Shown here: positions 1-9,862 of the stretch, piece by piece
Layout of the letters: every line of letters begins with the position of its first letter
Position numbering within the stretch: position 1 is the stretch's first letter
Source: Klebsiella phage vB_KpM_FBKp34
DNA length: 64,000 nt
Sequence record: MW394390.1
Reading direction: 5' to 3' (one strand)
The notes under the pieces: generated by a model
The model's input: only the letters and a program-made list of their open reading frames with translations
The model's database searches: none
What the model was told of the DNA's origin: nothing
Made by a program: the position numbers and the translations under genes

Positions 1-19
1 TTTATGTTAAAATACTCAA

Positions 20-238
20 GTGATCACTAAAAAGGAAATAGTCATGTATTTTGAAGTTTGTTATATCGATGCTGGCTCTAGTAGCAGACGTGGCGTAGGA
101 GTTTATGCAGCCACGGAGGAACAGGCCAAGCAAGTTGCAGCACTGCTCTTACAGAGGGCTTTTGGTACAACGATTGATCCTAGCACGTTGACTGTAGTAG
201 AGACCACGCTAGAGTCTGATACACCAACGACAACCTAA
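20..238 (+). CDS. hypothetical small protein
   Basis: 72-aa ORF, followed by clear terminator hairpin. Confidence 0.4.
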   Translation: MITKKEIVMYFEVCYIDAGSSSRRGVGVYAATEEQAKQVAALLLQRAFGTTIDPSTLTVVETTLESDTPTTT

Positions 239-248
239 AACTCTATAC

Positions 249-275
249 AAGCACCTTCGGGTGCTTTTTCATTTT
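249..275 (+). terminator. rho-independent terminator (GCACC-TTCG-GGTGC + TTTTT)
   Basis: perfect 5-bp stem, tetraloop, T-run seen at 251-269. Confidence 0.6.
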
Positions 276-343
276 TAGGCTTGACAAAAGTCTGAGACTA
301 GGCCAAACTACATAACAAGAACAGAGCAAATCGGAGTTTTAAA

Positions 344-1012
344 ATGTCAGAGAAATTTGTAGTTTACAAACGTCTTTCTAAAGAAAAAGTTGAAGGGAAT
401 CAGTACGGTTTTGGTTCACAGGATCATGACATTCAATGCTTCCTTAAACAGATTCCTGGGGCGGAGGTGATTGCAGAATTTTCAGAAACGTACTCTGGTA
501 AGTCTATCTGGACTGAACGTAAAGAATTAGTCAAAGCAGTGAAACTCTGTGAGGAAACTGGAGCCACTCTTCTTGTTTCTAAAGTTGACCGTCTTGGTCG
601 TCAGGTAGAATCTGTTAGCCACCTGTTAAACAGAATCAATGTTCGAATTGCGACCATGCCAAGTGCTACTAACATGGTTATTCAGATCATGTCTGTAATG
701 GCAGAGGAAGAAGCACGAGCTATCTCATCCCGAACCAAAGCGGCACTGAGTGTTGCTAAGTCAAAAGGTGTTCTTATTGGTGCTGCGGTACACAGAAACA
801 AAAGTAGTAAAGTGTTTGGTCAACGTCTTGCCAAATCTGCTACAAATTTTGCAGAACAATATAAAGAAAAGCTTGACACTATGCGTTCTATTGGTTTAAC
901 CTATGCACAGATTGCAGATAACTTTAACAAAAAAGGGATCAAAGCACGTAATGGTGGTGAATATTCACCTATTCAAGTTCAGCGTATGTGTAAACGTTTA
1001 AATATTCAATGA
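344..1012 (+). CDS. serine recombinase (resolvase/invertase family)
   Basis: N-terminal VYKRLS nucleophile region, LLVSKVDRLGRQ motif typical of resolvase catalytic domain, C-terminal HTH-like region. Confidence 0.7.
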   Translation: MSEKFVVYKRLSKEKVEGNQYGFGSQDHDIQCFLKQIPGAEVIAEFSETYSGKSIWTERKELVKAVKLCEETGATLLVSKVDRLGRQVESVSHLLNRINVRIATMPSATNMVIQIMSVMAEEEARAISSRTKAALSVAKSKGVLIGAAVHRNKSSKVFGQRLAKSATNFAEQYKEKLDTMRSIGLTYAQIADNFNKKGIKARNGGEYSPIQVQRMCKRLNIQ

Positions 1013-1019
1013 GGCAATA

Positions 1020-1232
1020 ATGGAAATTATTAATCAACGAGAAGTTGTAGGGAAATTCTTTGATACAAGAAGTAAAGCACTTTCCACAATGTCTGCGTTA
1101 CTGGAAAGTAACTTTGAGATCAATAAGATGCAGGATAAGTGGTTAGTCGCTTACGAAAAAGAGACCTGTATCATTATGGATGGAGAATGTACGAGAATTG
1201 AACCAGAAGAAACTGAAAAATTAACAAGTTAA
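1020..1232 (+). CDS. hypothetical protein, tandem paralog of 1309..1554
   Basis: shared TRxxAxxTMxALL...DKWLVxYEK pattern with next ORF. Confidence 0.5.
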   Translation: MEIINQREVVGKFFDTRSKALSTMSALLESNFEINKMQDKWLVAYEKETCIIMDGECTRIEPEETEKLTS

Positions 1233-1308
1233 TAACAATAGAGATGATTCTTAACCTCTTAAAGTAAATGCTACGGTAAAATAGTAGTATAACACTTTAG
1301 GAGGTTTT

Positions 1309-1554
1309 ATGTTAACATGCACTATTAAATCTGAGAAAGATACAGTTGTAAAAGAGTTCAGTACTAGAAGACTTGCAGTTGACACAATGACAGCTTTACT
1401 CGGTTACACACCAATATGTAAGCCGTCCTGTGTAGATGATAAATGGTTGGTTATCTATGAAAAAGATGTAGCAATCATAGAAGGTATCGAGTATACTTTA
1501 ATCTCAACAGATCCTGGAGGTGATACATGGACTGGGAGACAGTTAATATCGTAG
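1309..1554 (+). CDS. hypothetical protein, tandem paralog of 1020..1232
   Basis: paralogous motif; RBS aggagg upstream. Confidence 0.5.
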   Translation: MLTCTIKSEKDTVVKEFSTRRLAVDTMTALLGYTPICKPSCVDDKWLVIYEKDVAIIEGIEYTLISTDPGGDTWTGRQLIS

Positions 1555-1615
1555 CTAGTGTAATTATCTTTCTGTTAATTATTTGGGCAACAGACGTTAT
1601 CTTTAAGAGGAAGAA

Positions 1616-1948
1616 ATGAGAGTACTAAATTTCTACCACATAGGTAAGGTTATTCCTGAGAATGCTGAATACATGGGGCGAGCAATGCCCCATCTTGGTT
1701 TGAAACAATCTAAGTTTGCTAATAAATTTAGATTGAATAAAGATGGTTCAAACCGTGAGGATGTTATATTCCAATACCGTGTTTGGTTATGGCAGCAAAT
1801 TCGTTCAGGGAAAATTACTATTCAAGATTTGCTTGACTTGGATGGTAAAGACCTTGTATGCTTCTGTAAACAGCCGAACAAAGAGGTAGCATGTCACTGC
1901 GATGTGATACTTGCGGTAATCGAATGGGCTAAACAAAGGAGCCAATAA
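1616..1948 (+). CDS. DUF4326 domain protein
   Basis: VxNxxH..GK...x.Y.GR...WGNPF-like core, REDVIxxYRxWL, CxCKQP..CHCDVIL signature. Confidence 0.55.
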   Translation: MRVLNFYHIGKVIPENAEYMGRAMPHLGLKQSKFANKFRLNKDGSNREDVIFQYRVWLWQQIRSGKITIQDLLDLDGKDLVCFCKQPNKEVACHCDVILAVIEWAKQRSQ

Positions 1949-2232
1949 TGTATAAAGAACAGTGGGAATATAAACAATTTGGTGATGAACATCGTGTTAT
2001 TCGCAAAGGAAGTTTTGAGCGCCTTGGTCCTGGCTTTACTTCATACCAAGGTATTTGTGAGGCAGAGACGAAAGAACTTGCCAAGGCCGTTGCGCTTACT
2101 CCTGAACTTGCAGATGTTCTTGAGCAAGCATTGCCTTATCTTCGAGAAGCTGCCAAGACAGATGGACATGCAAATGGTACTTATCAGTTAGCAATAAAAC
2201 TCATGAAAAAATGGGGGCAATATAATGATTAA
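1948..2232 (+). CDS. hypothetical protein
   Basis: 94-aa ORF, start overlaps upstream stop (ATGA-type coupling). Confidence 0.45.
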   Translation: MYKEQWEYKQFGDEHRVIRKGSFERLGPGFTSYQGICEAETKELAKAVALTPELADVLEQALPYLREAAKTDGHANGTYQLAIKLMKKWGQYND

Positions 2233-2470
2233 ACATAATCTACTGCGAATTCAAGTCCTACCTCATGGTTTGGTGATAGGCCATATTTTTCCTGATGCTC
2301 TTGGGAATGGTATTGAACCAGGAGATGTATTACAGATTGATGCAAATGTTTTAGATACAAAAACTGTATTTAAAGTTGGAAAAGCTGATTTTCCTATGGA
2401 TGAAATGATGGGAATTGACAGATTTTTAGTTGAAGCCAGAGGTGAGCACCTCGCAGTAGAGGGTAAATAA
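2225..2470 (+). CDS. hypothetical protein
   Basis: 81-aa ORF in operon-like array. Confidence 0.4.
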   Translation: MIKHNLLRIQVLPHGLVIGHIFPDALGNGIEPGDVLQIDANVLDTKTVFKVGKADFPMDEMMGIDRFLVEARGEHLAVEGK

Positions 2471-2718
2471 TGGGATTTCGTTTTAGACAGCGTATTAAGA
2501 TTTTGCCGGGTGTTTATATTAATCTGGGTAAGAAAGGTATTAATTCAACTAGCATCCGTGCTGGATGGTTTACTTCAAATATCAACAAAGATGGAGTAAA
2601 GAATACAATCGGTGCCCACGGAACTGGTCTTAGCTATGAAACTAAACGATCTAAAGTTTCTGGTAAGATTATTTGGACTTGTATTATTGTAATTTTTATC
2701 CTTTATCTAATTTTGTGA
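2470..2718 (+). CDS. DUF4236-like protein with C-terminal TM anchor
   Basis: MGFRFRxxIKIxPGVxxNLxKxG N-terminus typical of DUF4236; hydrophobic C-terminus. Confidence 0.5.
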   Translation: MGFRFRQRIKILPGVYINLGKKGINSTSIRAGWFTSNINKDGVKNTIGAHGTGLSYETKRSKVSGKIIWTCIIVIFILYLIL

Positions 2719-2931
2719 GGTGACATATGAGCTACGGCCTTTTAACAGAAGAACAAGCTAGAATTTTACGTGAAAGAATGCAGAAACAAAAAGAAGAAAA
2801 AGATAAGGAGAAAGGATGAGGATTTTAAAGATGATCCCACAATCTGCTCGGGATTGATTAGAATAAGATATAAAATAGAGTATCATATAGACCACAAGTT
2901 AGAACTTACATCATTTTAATAAGGAGTAAAC

Positions 2932-3402
2932 ATGTATCAGAACCGTAAAGGCATCCAATTTAGCGTGCGAGACACTTGGAGCTTAGATAGTACCCTTAAT
3001 CTAATTATACTCTCTGCACTGAAAAAATTTAAAGAAGTTATCACACACCCTTCTCGTAAAGATTGGGTAGGTGTACCAAGTCTTGTTTTAGGTGATCTCT
3101 ATCCAGAACATCAAGGAAATTATTCAGATGAAGAACTAGAAGCAGGTTCTAAACTTTGGATTGAAATTATTGATAAGATGATCTATGCTTTCGATATTAA
3201 GAATGAGCCTAATTTAAAAGATTACGCATTTGAATTTAATCATCTGACCCAAGAAAGAGAAGATGGTAATGTTTCAGTTAATATAAAAGCAACAAACGAG
3301 AATGAGTACTCACGTTATAAGGTTGACGAAGCTTTATATAGAACTAAAGTTGAAGAAGGTTTAGTTTTATTTGGTAAATATTATCAGTGTTTATGGTGGT
3401 GA
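2932..3402 (+). CDS. hypothetical protein
   Basis: 156-aa ORF, RBS aaggag upstream. Confidence 0.5.
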   Translation: MYQNRKGIQFSVRDTWSLDSTLNLIILSALKKFKEVITHPSRKDWVGVPSLVLGDLYPEHQGNYSDEELEAGSKLWIEIIDKMIYAFDIKNEPNLKDYAFEFNHLTQEREDGNVSVNIKATNENEYSRYKVDEALYRTKVEEGLVLFGKYYQCLWW

Positions 3403-3405
3403 CTT

Positions 3406-3729
3406 ATGAAAGTAGAGGTTGGTATTGTACGTTGGGAAGAGGTTGATTTAATAGAAGCTTTAGAAAAACACCTAATTTGTTGGGATTATGATATTGTCGC
3501 ATCGTATAATGCTGAGAGGTATTATCCAGCAGAAAAAGACGACATATTTATTGAAATTTATCAAGAAACAACAAATACTTGGGATGGCAGTATTGATTCT
3601 CACCCAATTGCTTGGTTAGAGTGTTCTTCTTATACTGATGAACTAAGTGTGAAGAAAAAAGTATTGCAGTATATAAAAGAAAATATTGATCGTGTGATAG
3701 ATATAAGCAAAACAGGAGGTTACTGGTGA
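3406..3729 (+). CDS. hypothetical protein
   Basis: 107-aa ORF. Confidence 0.5.
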   Translation: MKVEVGIVRWEEVDLIEALEKHLICWDYDIVASYNAERYYPAEKDDIFIEIYQETTNTWDGSIDSHPIAWLECSSYTDELSVKKKVLQYIKENIDRVIDISKTGGYW

Positions 3730-4265
3730 GAGTAACAGATAAGTATGTATTCTTCTTCACAGATAAAGATGTATTTAGTAACTGGTATATTGCACCATTC
3801 TTTGATTCGAATGCTAATAAATATAATCCAGAAGTTAGTTCCTCAGTAAAGTTCGACTGTGTAGAACAATATATGATGTGGAGAAAAGCCTCCCTATTTA
3901 AAGATTATGAAACTGCTTCAGCTATTCTTAATGGAACTCATAAACGTAAAGGGGAGAAGGATCAGGCTTACTATAAACGTATGGGACGTGCAGTTAAAGG
4001 TTATGATGATACTCTTTGGAAAGCTAACAGGGAATACATAGTAAAGCGTGGCATCTTTTTAAAATATACTCAAAATGAAAATCTTAATAAAGAGCTGCTT
4101 AAACATAAAGGTAAAACATTTGTTGAAGCCAGTCCATATGATGCTATCTATGGCATTAAGATGGGAATGTGGGATGTTGGAGTAGAAGATCCTAGTAATT
4201 GGAAAGGTGAGAATCTTCTTGGTAAGTGGCACACCCAATTATTACAACTTCTTAGTATTGGATAA
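3726..4265 (+). CDS. NADAR (DUF1768, YbiA-like) domain protein
   Basis: FFxxxxxFSNW..APF....F.CVEQYMMWRKAxLFxD...A..IL...VEASPYDAIYGIKMG - characteristic NADAR motifs. Confidence 0.8.
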   Translation: MRVTDKYVFFFTDKDVFSNWYIAPFFDSNANKYNPEVSSSVKFDCVEQYMMWRKASLFKDYETASAILNGTHKRKGEKDQAYYKRMGRAVKGYDDTLWKANREYIVKRGIFLKYTQNENLNKELLKHKGKTFVEASPYDAIYGIKMGMWDVGVEDPSNWKGENLLGKWHTQLLQLLSIG

Positions 4266-4278
4266 CTGTGAGACAAAC

Positions 4279-4458
4279 ATGAGTGAAAAGATGATTACTA
4301 TTCCTACCTCTCTTATTACAGAGTTGATTCCCTATATTAAATTTGGCCTAGATAAATCAGCCGAGGATATGGGCAAGGCAGGTTACTCGCCATCTGAAGA
4401 AATGGCAGATGATTATAATCGTTTCAAAATCTTAAAAAGCTTGTTAGAATATGAGTGA
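4279..4458 (+). CDS. hypothetical small protein
   Basis: internal ATG of track ORF 4207..4458 avoids overlap with NADAR gene. Confidence 0.35.
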   Translation: MSEKMITIPTSLITELIPYIKFGLDKSAEDMGKAGYSPSEEMADDYNRFKILKSLLEYE

Positions 4459-4592
4459 ATGAGACATTTTCTCATCTACAGAAAATGCTAGACAATGGAA
4501 GAAAGAGTAAAAGAGAGTCTTGACATTGTACAAAATTACTGGGATACTTCAGATTACGAGGAAATTTGTGAACTATTAAAGAGGTATACATA

Positions 4593-4805
4593 ATGAAAGG
4601 TGTTGTTTTTGCTCTGAAAAGCTTAGTGTTGATGTTCTTTGCTTCCTTCTTTGCTTGGGGAGTTACTTACATCGGATTGAAGTATCTTGTTGGACTTGAC
4701 CTTGTTTGGGAATGGCAAGGAGTTTTAGTTATGTCTCTTGTAATGGGTTGGTCTATTTCGTGGGTGCCTTTTGTAGTACTTATGTGGTTTGAGGAGAAAG
4801 AATGA
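4593..4805 (+). CDS. small integral membrane protein
   Basis: two long hydrophobic segments. Confidence 0.45.
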   Translation: MKGVVFALKSLVLMFFASFFAWGVTYIGLKYLVGLDLVWEWQGVLVMSLVMGWSISWVPFVVLMWFEEKE

Positions 4806-5152
4806 AATTAGAATATCATCCAAAAGATAAAAGTTGCTTTAAAGTTCCACCTTACTCTGCACTTTGTGCAAGACATCCAGGTTGGAAAGATGTTCTGTCT
4901 TTTGCTGAAAAAGGTAAAGTAATTGCATATTGCAAAAATAACCGTGGAGAGTATCATCATGGTACAACTGGAGTAGTTCATTATGTTGATCCTAAAGGTG
5001 CTTATGTAATTGTTGTAGTAAATACACATATTGATAGTTGGTTTGAAATGCTTCAACCAATCTGGGATTGTATTGCTCCTGATGCACAGACACTTGTTGA
5101 TGAAATGGAAAACAACATGCAAACTATGAGAAAATGGAGACAACAAGTATGA
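4802..5152 (+). CDS. hypothetical protein
   Basis: 116-aa ORF, start overlaps upstream stop. Confidence 0.45.
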   Translation: MKLEYHPKDKSCFKVPPYSALCARHPGWKDVLSFAEKGKVIAYCKNNRGEYHHGTTGVVHYVDPKGAYVIVVVNTHIDSWFEMLQPIWDCIAPDAQTLVDEMENNMQTMRKWRQQV

Positions 5153-5370
5153 TTAAAGAGTTGAATTTTGAAGATACTGGAGATCGTAAGCAGGTTAAGC
5201 AAGCACGAATGACAAGTAAGAGTTATTTTGCTGTTTTTGGTAGTAAAAGATCAAAACACAAGACGCATTCAGATTGCTACGACAATATTTTAACCGTGTA
5301 CCCTGATATGGACTATTCTAGTGTTCATGGGGTAATTGATGCTTACCTTGAAAATAAAGGTGCTTGGTAA
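5134..5370 (+). CDS. hypothetical protein
   Basis: 78-aa ORF. Confidence 0.4.
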   Translation: METTSMIKELNFEDTGDRKQVKQARMTSKSYFAVFGSKRSKHKTHSDCYDNILTVYPDMDYSSVHGVIDAYLENKGAW

Positions 5371-5397
5371 TATCTAAAAATAAAACAGGAGAACATA

Positions 5398-5973
5398 ATG
5401 TCTAATTTTAAAATTTTTGCAATACAACCTCGTGATCGTGGCGGTGAACGTAACTGGTATTCAGTTCCATTTAATAGTGTATACCTACCTGTAGCTATTA
5501 AAAAATTACCACTACCAAAAACGTATGTTACAGACCTGAGTGAACAGTTTCATGAGGAATTTTTGGAACGTTTAAGTCCATACCTTATAAAAGGCGATAA
5601 AATTTCATATTCTGATAGTGTTACTTATCATGAATTTTATCCATTAGATACTACTTATAAAGGTACGGATTTTACCATGTTTCTGCAAAAAGATACCCTA
5701 TCATGTTTTAGTGAAATTTTATATGTTGCCAATGAAGGTGTAATCTTAGAGGATGGTTATATTTCTGCGATGGTAGATTGTCACTTAAAAACTTTAATCC
5801 TAGAAATGGCAAAATATCGCCCAGGTAATATTGAGATCTCTTTTGCCCCACCTGATTTAGTAGATGCAACTAAATATGGTCAGAAAAGTTTATATGCTTT
5901 CTTGATGTTTGAACCTCGTCATGCTTGTCTTGAGACAGAAATATCTTTCTATGTAGATAGTATTAATGTTTAA
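5398..5973 (+). CDS. hypothetical protein
   Basis: 191-aa ORF, RBS aggaga upstream. Confidence 0.5.
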   Translation: MSNFKIFAIQPRDRGGERNWYSVPFNSVYLPVAIKKLPLPKTYVTDLSEQFHEEFLERLSPYLIKGDKISYSDSVTYHEFYPLDTTYKGTDFTMFLQKDTLSCFSEILYVANEGVILEDGYISAMVDCHLKTLILEMAKYRPGNIEISFAPPDLVDATKYGQKSLYAFLMFEPRHACLETEISFYVDSINV

Positions 5974-6415
5974 ACTTCTTCAAATTGAGTATGAAGAACA
6001 TCCACTCTATCATAGAACAAAAGCTGTGATAGAGTCTTTGGATGAAAGATTTCTCCAGTATGAAACTGATTGGCATAACAACGGTGCTATTGGTCTGTGG
6101 TGTTCGACGTATCCAAGAATGTGCAGTGGTTTTGGTCCAAATTGTTATGAGATAAAACTTAAACCAGAGACTAAAAGATACGGTATGAGTTTGGAAGACT
6201 TGAAGAAACTTAGCTATGAAAGGTCTTCAAGAGAATCTTACTCAGATTTAAGGAAGTATTGCCTTGACAACAGATTTGATGTTCTGTACATTAAAGATCG
6301 TTGGAATTTAGTTGGGGAGGTTATCATCGTTAACTATGACCAAGTAGAATCCATCTTACTTGTAGAACCACCTGAAGATAAACAATATAAACTACTTGAG
6401 GTAGAGAATGAATAA
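5966..6415 (+). CDS. hypothetical protein
   Basis: 149-aa ORF. Confidence 0.5.
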   Translation: MFKLLQIEYEEHPLYHRTKAVIESLDERFLQYETDWHNNGAIGLWCSTYPRMCSGFGPNCYEIKLKPETKRYGMSLEDLKKLSYERSSRESYSDLRKYCLDNRFDVLYIKDRWNLVGEVIIVNYDQVESILLVEPPEDKQYKLLEVENE

Positions 6416-6695
6416 TATAGTTTTACCACCATGGTCTGTTGCATACAATCCAGATAAAAATCTCTTTCCTGGTGTTCAACTTGCAACACGAGATGGTAGA
6501 GTGATGGGTAATGCTCATATAATTGCTAAAGGTAATTTCGCTGGATATAATATTTTTATAGTCTTAACTGATGCAGGAAATAAAGTTAGCCTTTTTGAAG
6601 CAGAACTGCATGAGATCTTCTATGTTACAGATTGGGTAAGTGATGTAGAAGAAGTTAAAAGAAGATTCTTGCGGAGTGGAGAGTATGAAGACTGA
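6408..6695 (+). CDS. hypothetical protein
   Basis: 95-aa ORF. Confidence 0.45.
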   Translation: MNNIVLPPWSVAYNPDKNLFPGVQLATRDGRVMGNAHIIAKGNFAGYNIFIVLTDAGNKVSLFEAELHEIFYVTDWVSDVEEVKRRFLRSGEYED

Positions 6696-7011
6696 TATTA
6701 AATATCGTGGAAGAAAAGACCTTTTAATGGAAATCTCTAAGACCAGACATAGTGGATTAGGTATTAATCGTTATTTTACCTATCATGTCATGCCGTATGG
6801 TAAAGAACGTAGAGAAGCCATTATGGCTCATCTTCGTGCAATTAGAAATGAGCCACATAACTATATTGTCATTAATAAAAAATATTGTCTTATTCTTAAG
6901 AAAGATCCTGATTTGAAACGTCTACTCAAACTTGGTAAACTTAAAATGGATAAGATTGGTGGAAATAAAAACACATACTCCGTACTGAGGTTAAACAATG
7001 AGAACATTTGA
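6676..7011 (+). CDS. hypothetical basic protein
   Basis: 111-aa ORF. Confidence 0.45.
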   Translation: MESMKTDIKYRGRKDLLMEISKTRHSGLGINRYFTYHVMPYGKERREAIMAHLRAIRNEPHNYIVINKKYCLILKKDPDLKRLLKLGKLKMDKIGGNKNTYSVLRLNNENI

Positions 7012-7525
7012 AGAAGTTTGGTTTACACCTGGTAATCCAAATTCATTAGAGGCAAGAGAACAAGCACAAAAAGGTTGGAACGATTGTCTAGGGGATGGAC
7101 TAAGATCTAAACTTAGAGGAACAGATTGGTATTGCCGTGGTTGGAATGCCCATATTGATGAGAAACTTAGTATCAAAACTCAATGGGATTTTGTGTCCTA
7201 TGGTGGACTGGGGGTAAGTGGTCAATATTTGGGTAAAAACTTTTCTGCCGAAGGTTGTGAAATTTTGGCTGATATTAATTCTAAGTTTAAAACTTCTCAC
7301 CAAGAAAAGCTTCTACTGAAATATGCTCCAGAATTATATGAAACTTTAAAATGGGCTGTTCCTCTTGCACTTGTCGCTATCGAAGATCACAGACTTGAAC
7401 GTATTAAATGCGGAATTACTGATATTAAAGGTACTTATAGTAATGGCGTAACTGTGTTAGGTATCTCCCAAGATGAAGTAGATCAAATTGAATATGCTAA
7501 CAAACTTTTGGCGGTGTTTAAATGA
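6998..7525 (+). CDS. hypothetical protein
   Basis: 175-aa ORF. Confidence 0.5.
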   Translation: MRTFEEVWFTPGNPNSLEAREQAQKGWNDCLGDGLRSKLRGTDWYCRGWNAHIDEKLSIKTQWDFVSYGGLGVSGQYLGKNFSAEGCEILADINSKFKTSHQEKLLLKYAPELYETLKWAVPLALVAIEDHRLERIKCGITDIKGTYSNGVTVLGISQDEVDQIEYANKLLAVFK

Positions 7526-7764
7526 GAATCTTTGTTGATGAAAGAGAGGGTACTCCTATTTCTTACGAAGAAAGACTTTATATTGCGGATGAAATAGCTA
7601 AACTTGAGGAGTACAAGAAGGATGAACAATCAATTCAGAAAAGTGTTGCGTCTTGGATAGATATCTTGGGATATTGGGATCGAGAAACAGAACTTCTATG
7701 TATTGATCATGACATTTATATGATGAAGAGAACATTAGAAACTGGTCGAGTTATAATTAGCTAA
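7522..7764 (+). CDS. hypothetical protein
   Basis: 80-aa ORF. Confidence 0.45.
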   Translation: MRIFVDEREGTPISYEERLYIADEIAKLEEYKKDEQSIQKSVASWIDILGYWDRETELLCIDHDIYMMKRTLETGRVIIS

Positions 7765-7772
7765 GGGGTCTT

Positions 7773-8141
7773 ATGGAATCTTTCATCGAAGTTGATATTG
7801 AAACAATCATAAAAGCTGTAGAACATCAAAAAATCTGTCAACAAAAAGCTGAAGATATTATTGACAGGTTTAAGAAAAAGAAAATTAAAGTAACAAGTTG
7901 GATTTTCTTTAAAAAGGAAATTTCCCTATTTGATTACTACAGAAAGAATGCAGGATATTACGATTGGAATTACTATGCCTGTCTTGATGGAGAGATTACA
8001 AAGTTGGAGAGCCGTATTATTGATGTATGGTACATTTACTTTGATTTTAATCGTAGCATTGAACATGGCAAAAGAGTCTTTCTCAGGAAGTCAGATTTTG
8101 ATAAAATGACAACAATCCTTGAAACTAAGTTGGATAATTAA
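7773..8141 (+). CDS. hypothetical protein
   Basis: 122-aa ORF. Confidence 0.45.
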   Translation: MESFIEVDIETIIKAVEHQKICQQKAEDIIDRFKKKKIKVTSWIFFKKEISLFDYYRKNAGYYDWNYYACLDGEITKLESRIIDVWYIYFDFNRSIEHGKRVFLRKSDFDKMTTILETKLDN

Positions 8142-8142
8142 T

Positions 8143-8370
8143 ATGGAAAATGAAACTTTACCAGCAGCTTACCGTTGTAACGATAAAAGTATTTGGGATA
8201 GAGATAACGTCGCAGAATTTTATCCAGAAATAGTTCAATACTGGTCTGAAAGGGGTATTACCAATATTCGTATAATGCCATGTGGTCCTGTGGATGAAGA
8301 TTGCCTCTATCTTAATGATAAATGGTATAGTTATTGTAGGCACCCTTATGAGTGGATGGAGAGGAGTTAG
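8143..8370 (+). CDS. hypothetical protein
   Basis: ATG immediately after upstream stop (TAATATG). Confidence 0.4.
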   Translation: MENETLPAAYRCNDKSIWDRDNVAEFYPEIVQYWSERGITNIRIMPCGPVDEDCLYLNDKWYSYCRHPYEWMERS

Positions 8371-8375
8371 ATTTT

Positions 8376-8687
8376 ATGTACACTAAAAGTGAGATGTATG
8401 GTATTGCAAGAAAAGTGTGTGAAGATAAACTGAGTAATATCTATTCTATTATTCATTCAACAGCAAATGATGGATTATTCGAATGTAGTATTTCCACTGA
8501 AAAAGATCTTGATTTGTTTGTTAAAGAAATTGAGGATGTAGAAAAGACACTTTGTAAAATTAAAGCCATTAGAAATGTACTAGAAGGATTAGGATTTAAT
8601 GTTTATTTAAACTCTGAGAACCGGGCATTGAAAGGCTCCAGAGAATGCTTTTCTGTCGTTACATCTATTAATGTATCTTGGTATTGA
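8376..8687 (+). CDS. hypothetical protein
   Basis: ATG preceded by aggag RBS. Confidence 0.4.
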   Translation: MYTKSEMYGIARKVCEDKLSNIYSIIHSTANDGLFECSISTEKDLDLFVKEIEDVEKTLCKIKAIRNVLEGLGFNVYLNSENRALKGSRECFSVVTSINVSWY

Positions 8688-8943
8688 GGTGAGTATGGAA
8701 AAACAAAAACTAATTTTTGTTGAAAGTTTTCCTGATAAACAAGACTTTACTGCCGTTTGGTTTACTAACTTTATGGGTAAACCTACTATGTTTAGTGCAA
8801 CTTTGTATTATAATGAGAAGGAAGATCAGTATTACACTTATGATCCCGAAGAGGACATCTTCTGGCCTGAATGTGATCATGGGTATGATAAGCAATTCTT
8901 TAATAAAGTTAATGCGAGTTATTTGGTTGAGGATAAAACATGA
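8671..8943 (+). CDS. hypothetical protein
   Basis: 90-aa ORF. Confidence 0.4.
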   Translation: MYLGIEVSMEKQKLIFVESFPDKQDFTAVWFTNFMGKPTMFSATLYYNEKEDQYYTYDPEEDIFWPECDHGYDKQFFNKVNASYLVEDKT

Positions 8944-9362
8944 TAAAGCATTTAACACAACCAACAAAAGATAGTTGTATGTCTACTTGTCTGGCTATGG
9001 TGGTAGGTATTTCTGCAAAAGAGTCTTATGACAAGTATCACACTAAACTTCAAAAATACGAAATTTGGTTTGATACTATTCTAGATGAATACAAGATACC
9101 TTACTACTACGGATCACCACGTTCTAGTAGACTTAGTGGTACTGTTCTGTGTTTTGCTACAGTCCCTTCTTTAAATATACAAGGAGTGTTTCATCAGATC
9201 CTAATTCAATATGAGGAAGGTAAGTTTACAGTATTCGATCCTGCACAAGGTAGAGGAGGTGCCAAGTACTATATTCCAAGTAATCAAGAAATAGATAATG
9301 AATTACAAGTGCACTTGGAGTCTTGGTTGATTGATTTGGTGATCCCATTAGTATATAAGTGA
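8940..9362 (+). CDS. putative papain-fold (C39-like) cysteine peptidase
   Basis: N-terminal Q-x5-C-MSTCLAMV resembles the Gln/Cys motif of C39 peptidases; weak. Confidence 0.3.
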   Translation: MIKHLTQPTKDSCMSTCLAMVVGISAKESYDKYHTKLQKYEIWFDTILDEYKIPYYYGSPRSSRLSGTVLCFATVPSLNIQGVFHQILIQYEEGKFTVFDPAQGRGGAKYYIPSNQEIDNELQVHLESWLIDLVIPLVYK

Positions 9363-9557
9363 GGTATTATGTCTAAACCAGATAGTGATTATACACCACA
9401 TGCAATATGCCTTGGAGGACTTCTTATGGGAATTTGGATGACTAAACATGGTGCTGAGGAAGTCGCAGAATTAGTTTACAAACATCGTGGATATGTTATA
9501 GTTAAAGCAACTCGCGAACACTACAGCATTATGAAAGCAATGCACTAAGAGGTTTAT

Positions 9558-9797
9558 ATGAAGGATATTAATTTATTACCTTGTCCATTTTGTGGTGGTA
9601 AGGCTCAGGAAGATTCTAGTGGGGTTTCAGAATATTATGGACATGACCACCAAGATATCTGGATAGAGTGCACGATTTGTGGTGCAGAAGTTGGTTGTTA
9701 TAGTGGAAATTTTTTAGGTGCTGATGTATCTTGTAGTTGTCATCATGATATCCGTAAGATTGCTTATGAAAAGTGGAATAAAAGAAAGATTTCTTAA
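9558..9797 (+). CDS. lar: Lar-family restriction alleviation protein
   Basis: LLPCPFCGG zinc ribbon N-terminus and C-terminal AYEKWNKR motif. Confidence 0.75.
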   Translation: MKDINLLPCPFCGGKAQEDSSGVSEYYGHDHQDIWIECTICGAEVGCYSGNFLGADVSCSCHHDIRKIAYEKWNKRKIS

Positions 9798-9862
9798 GAT
9801 AAACTTGAACATTTTATGTTGTCTAGGGTATAGTATAGATAGACTAATAATAGGGGTGTATA

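Noticed and set aside
283-320. TTGACA at 281-286 as a sigma70 promoter for the recombinase gene
   Set aside because: There is no acceptable -10 hexamer at 16-18 bp spacing. It may be a phage-specific early promoter but I cannot support it.
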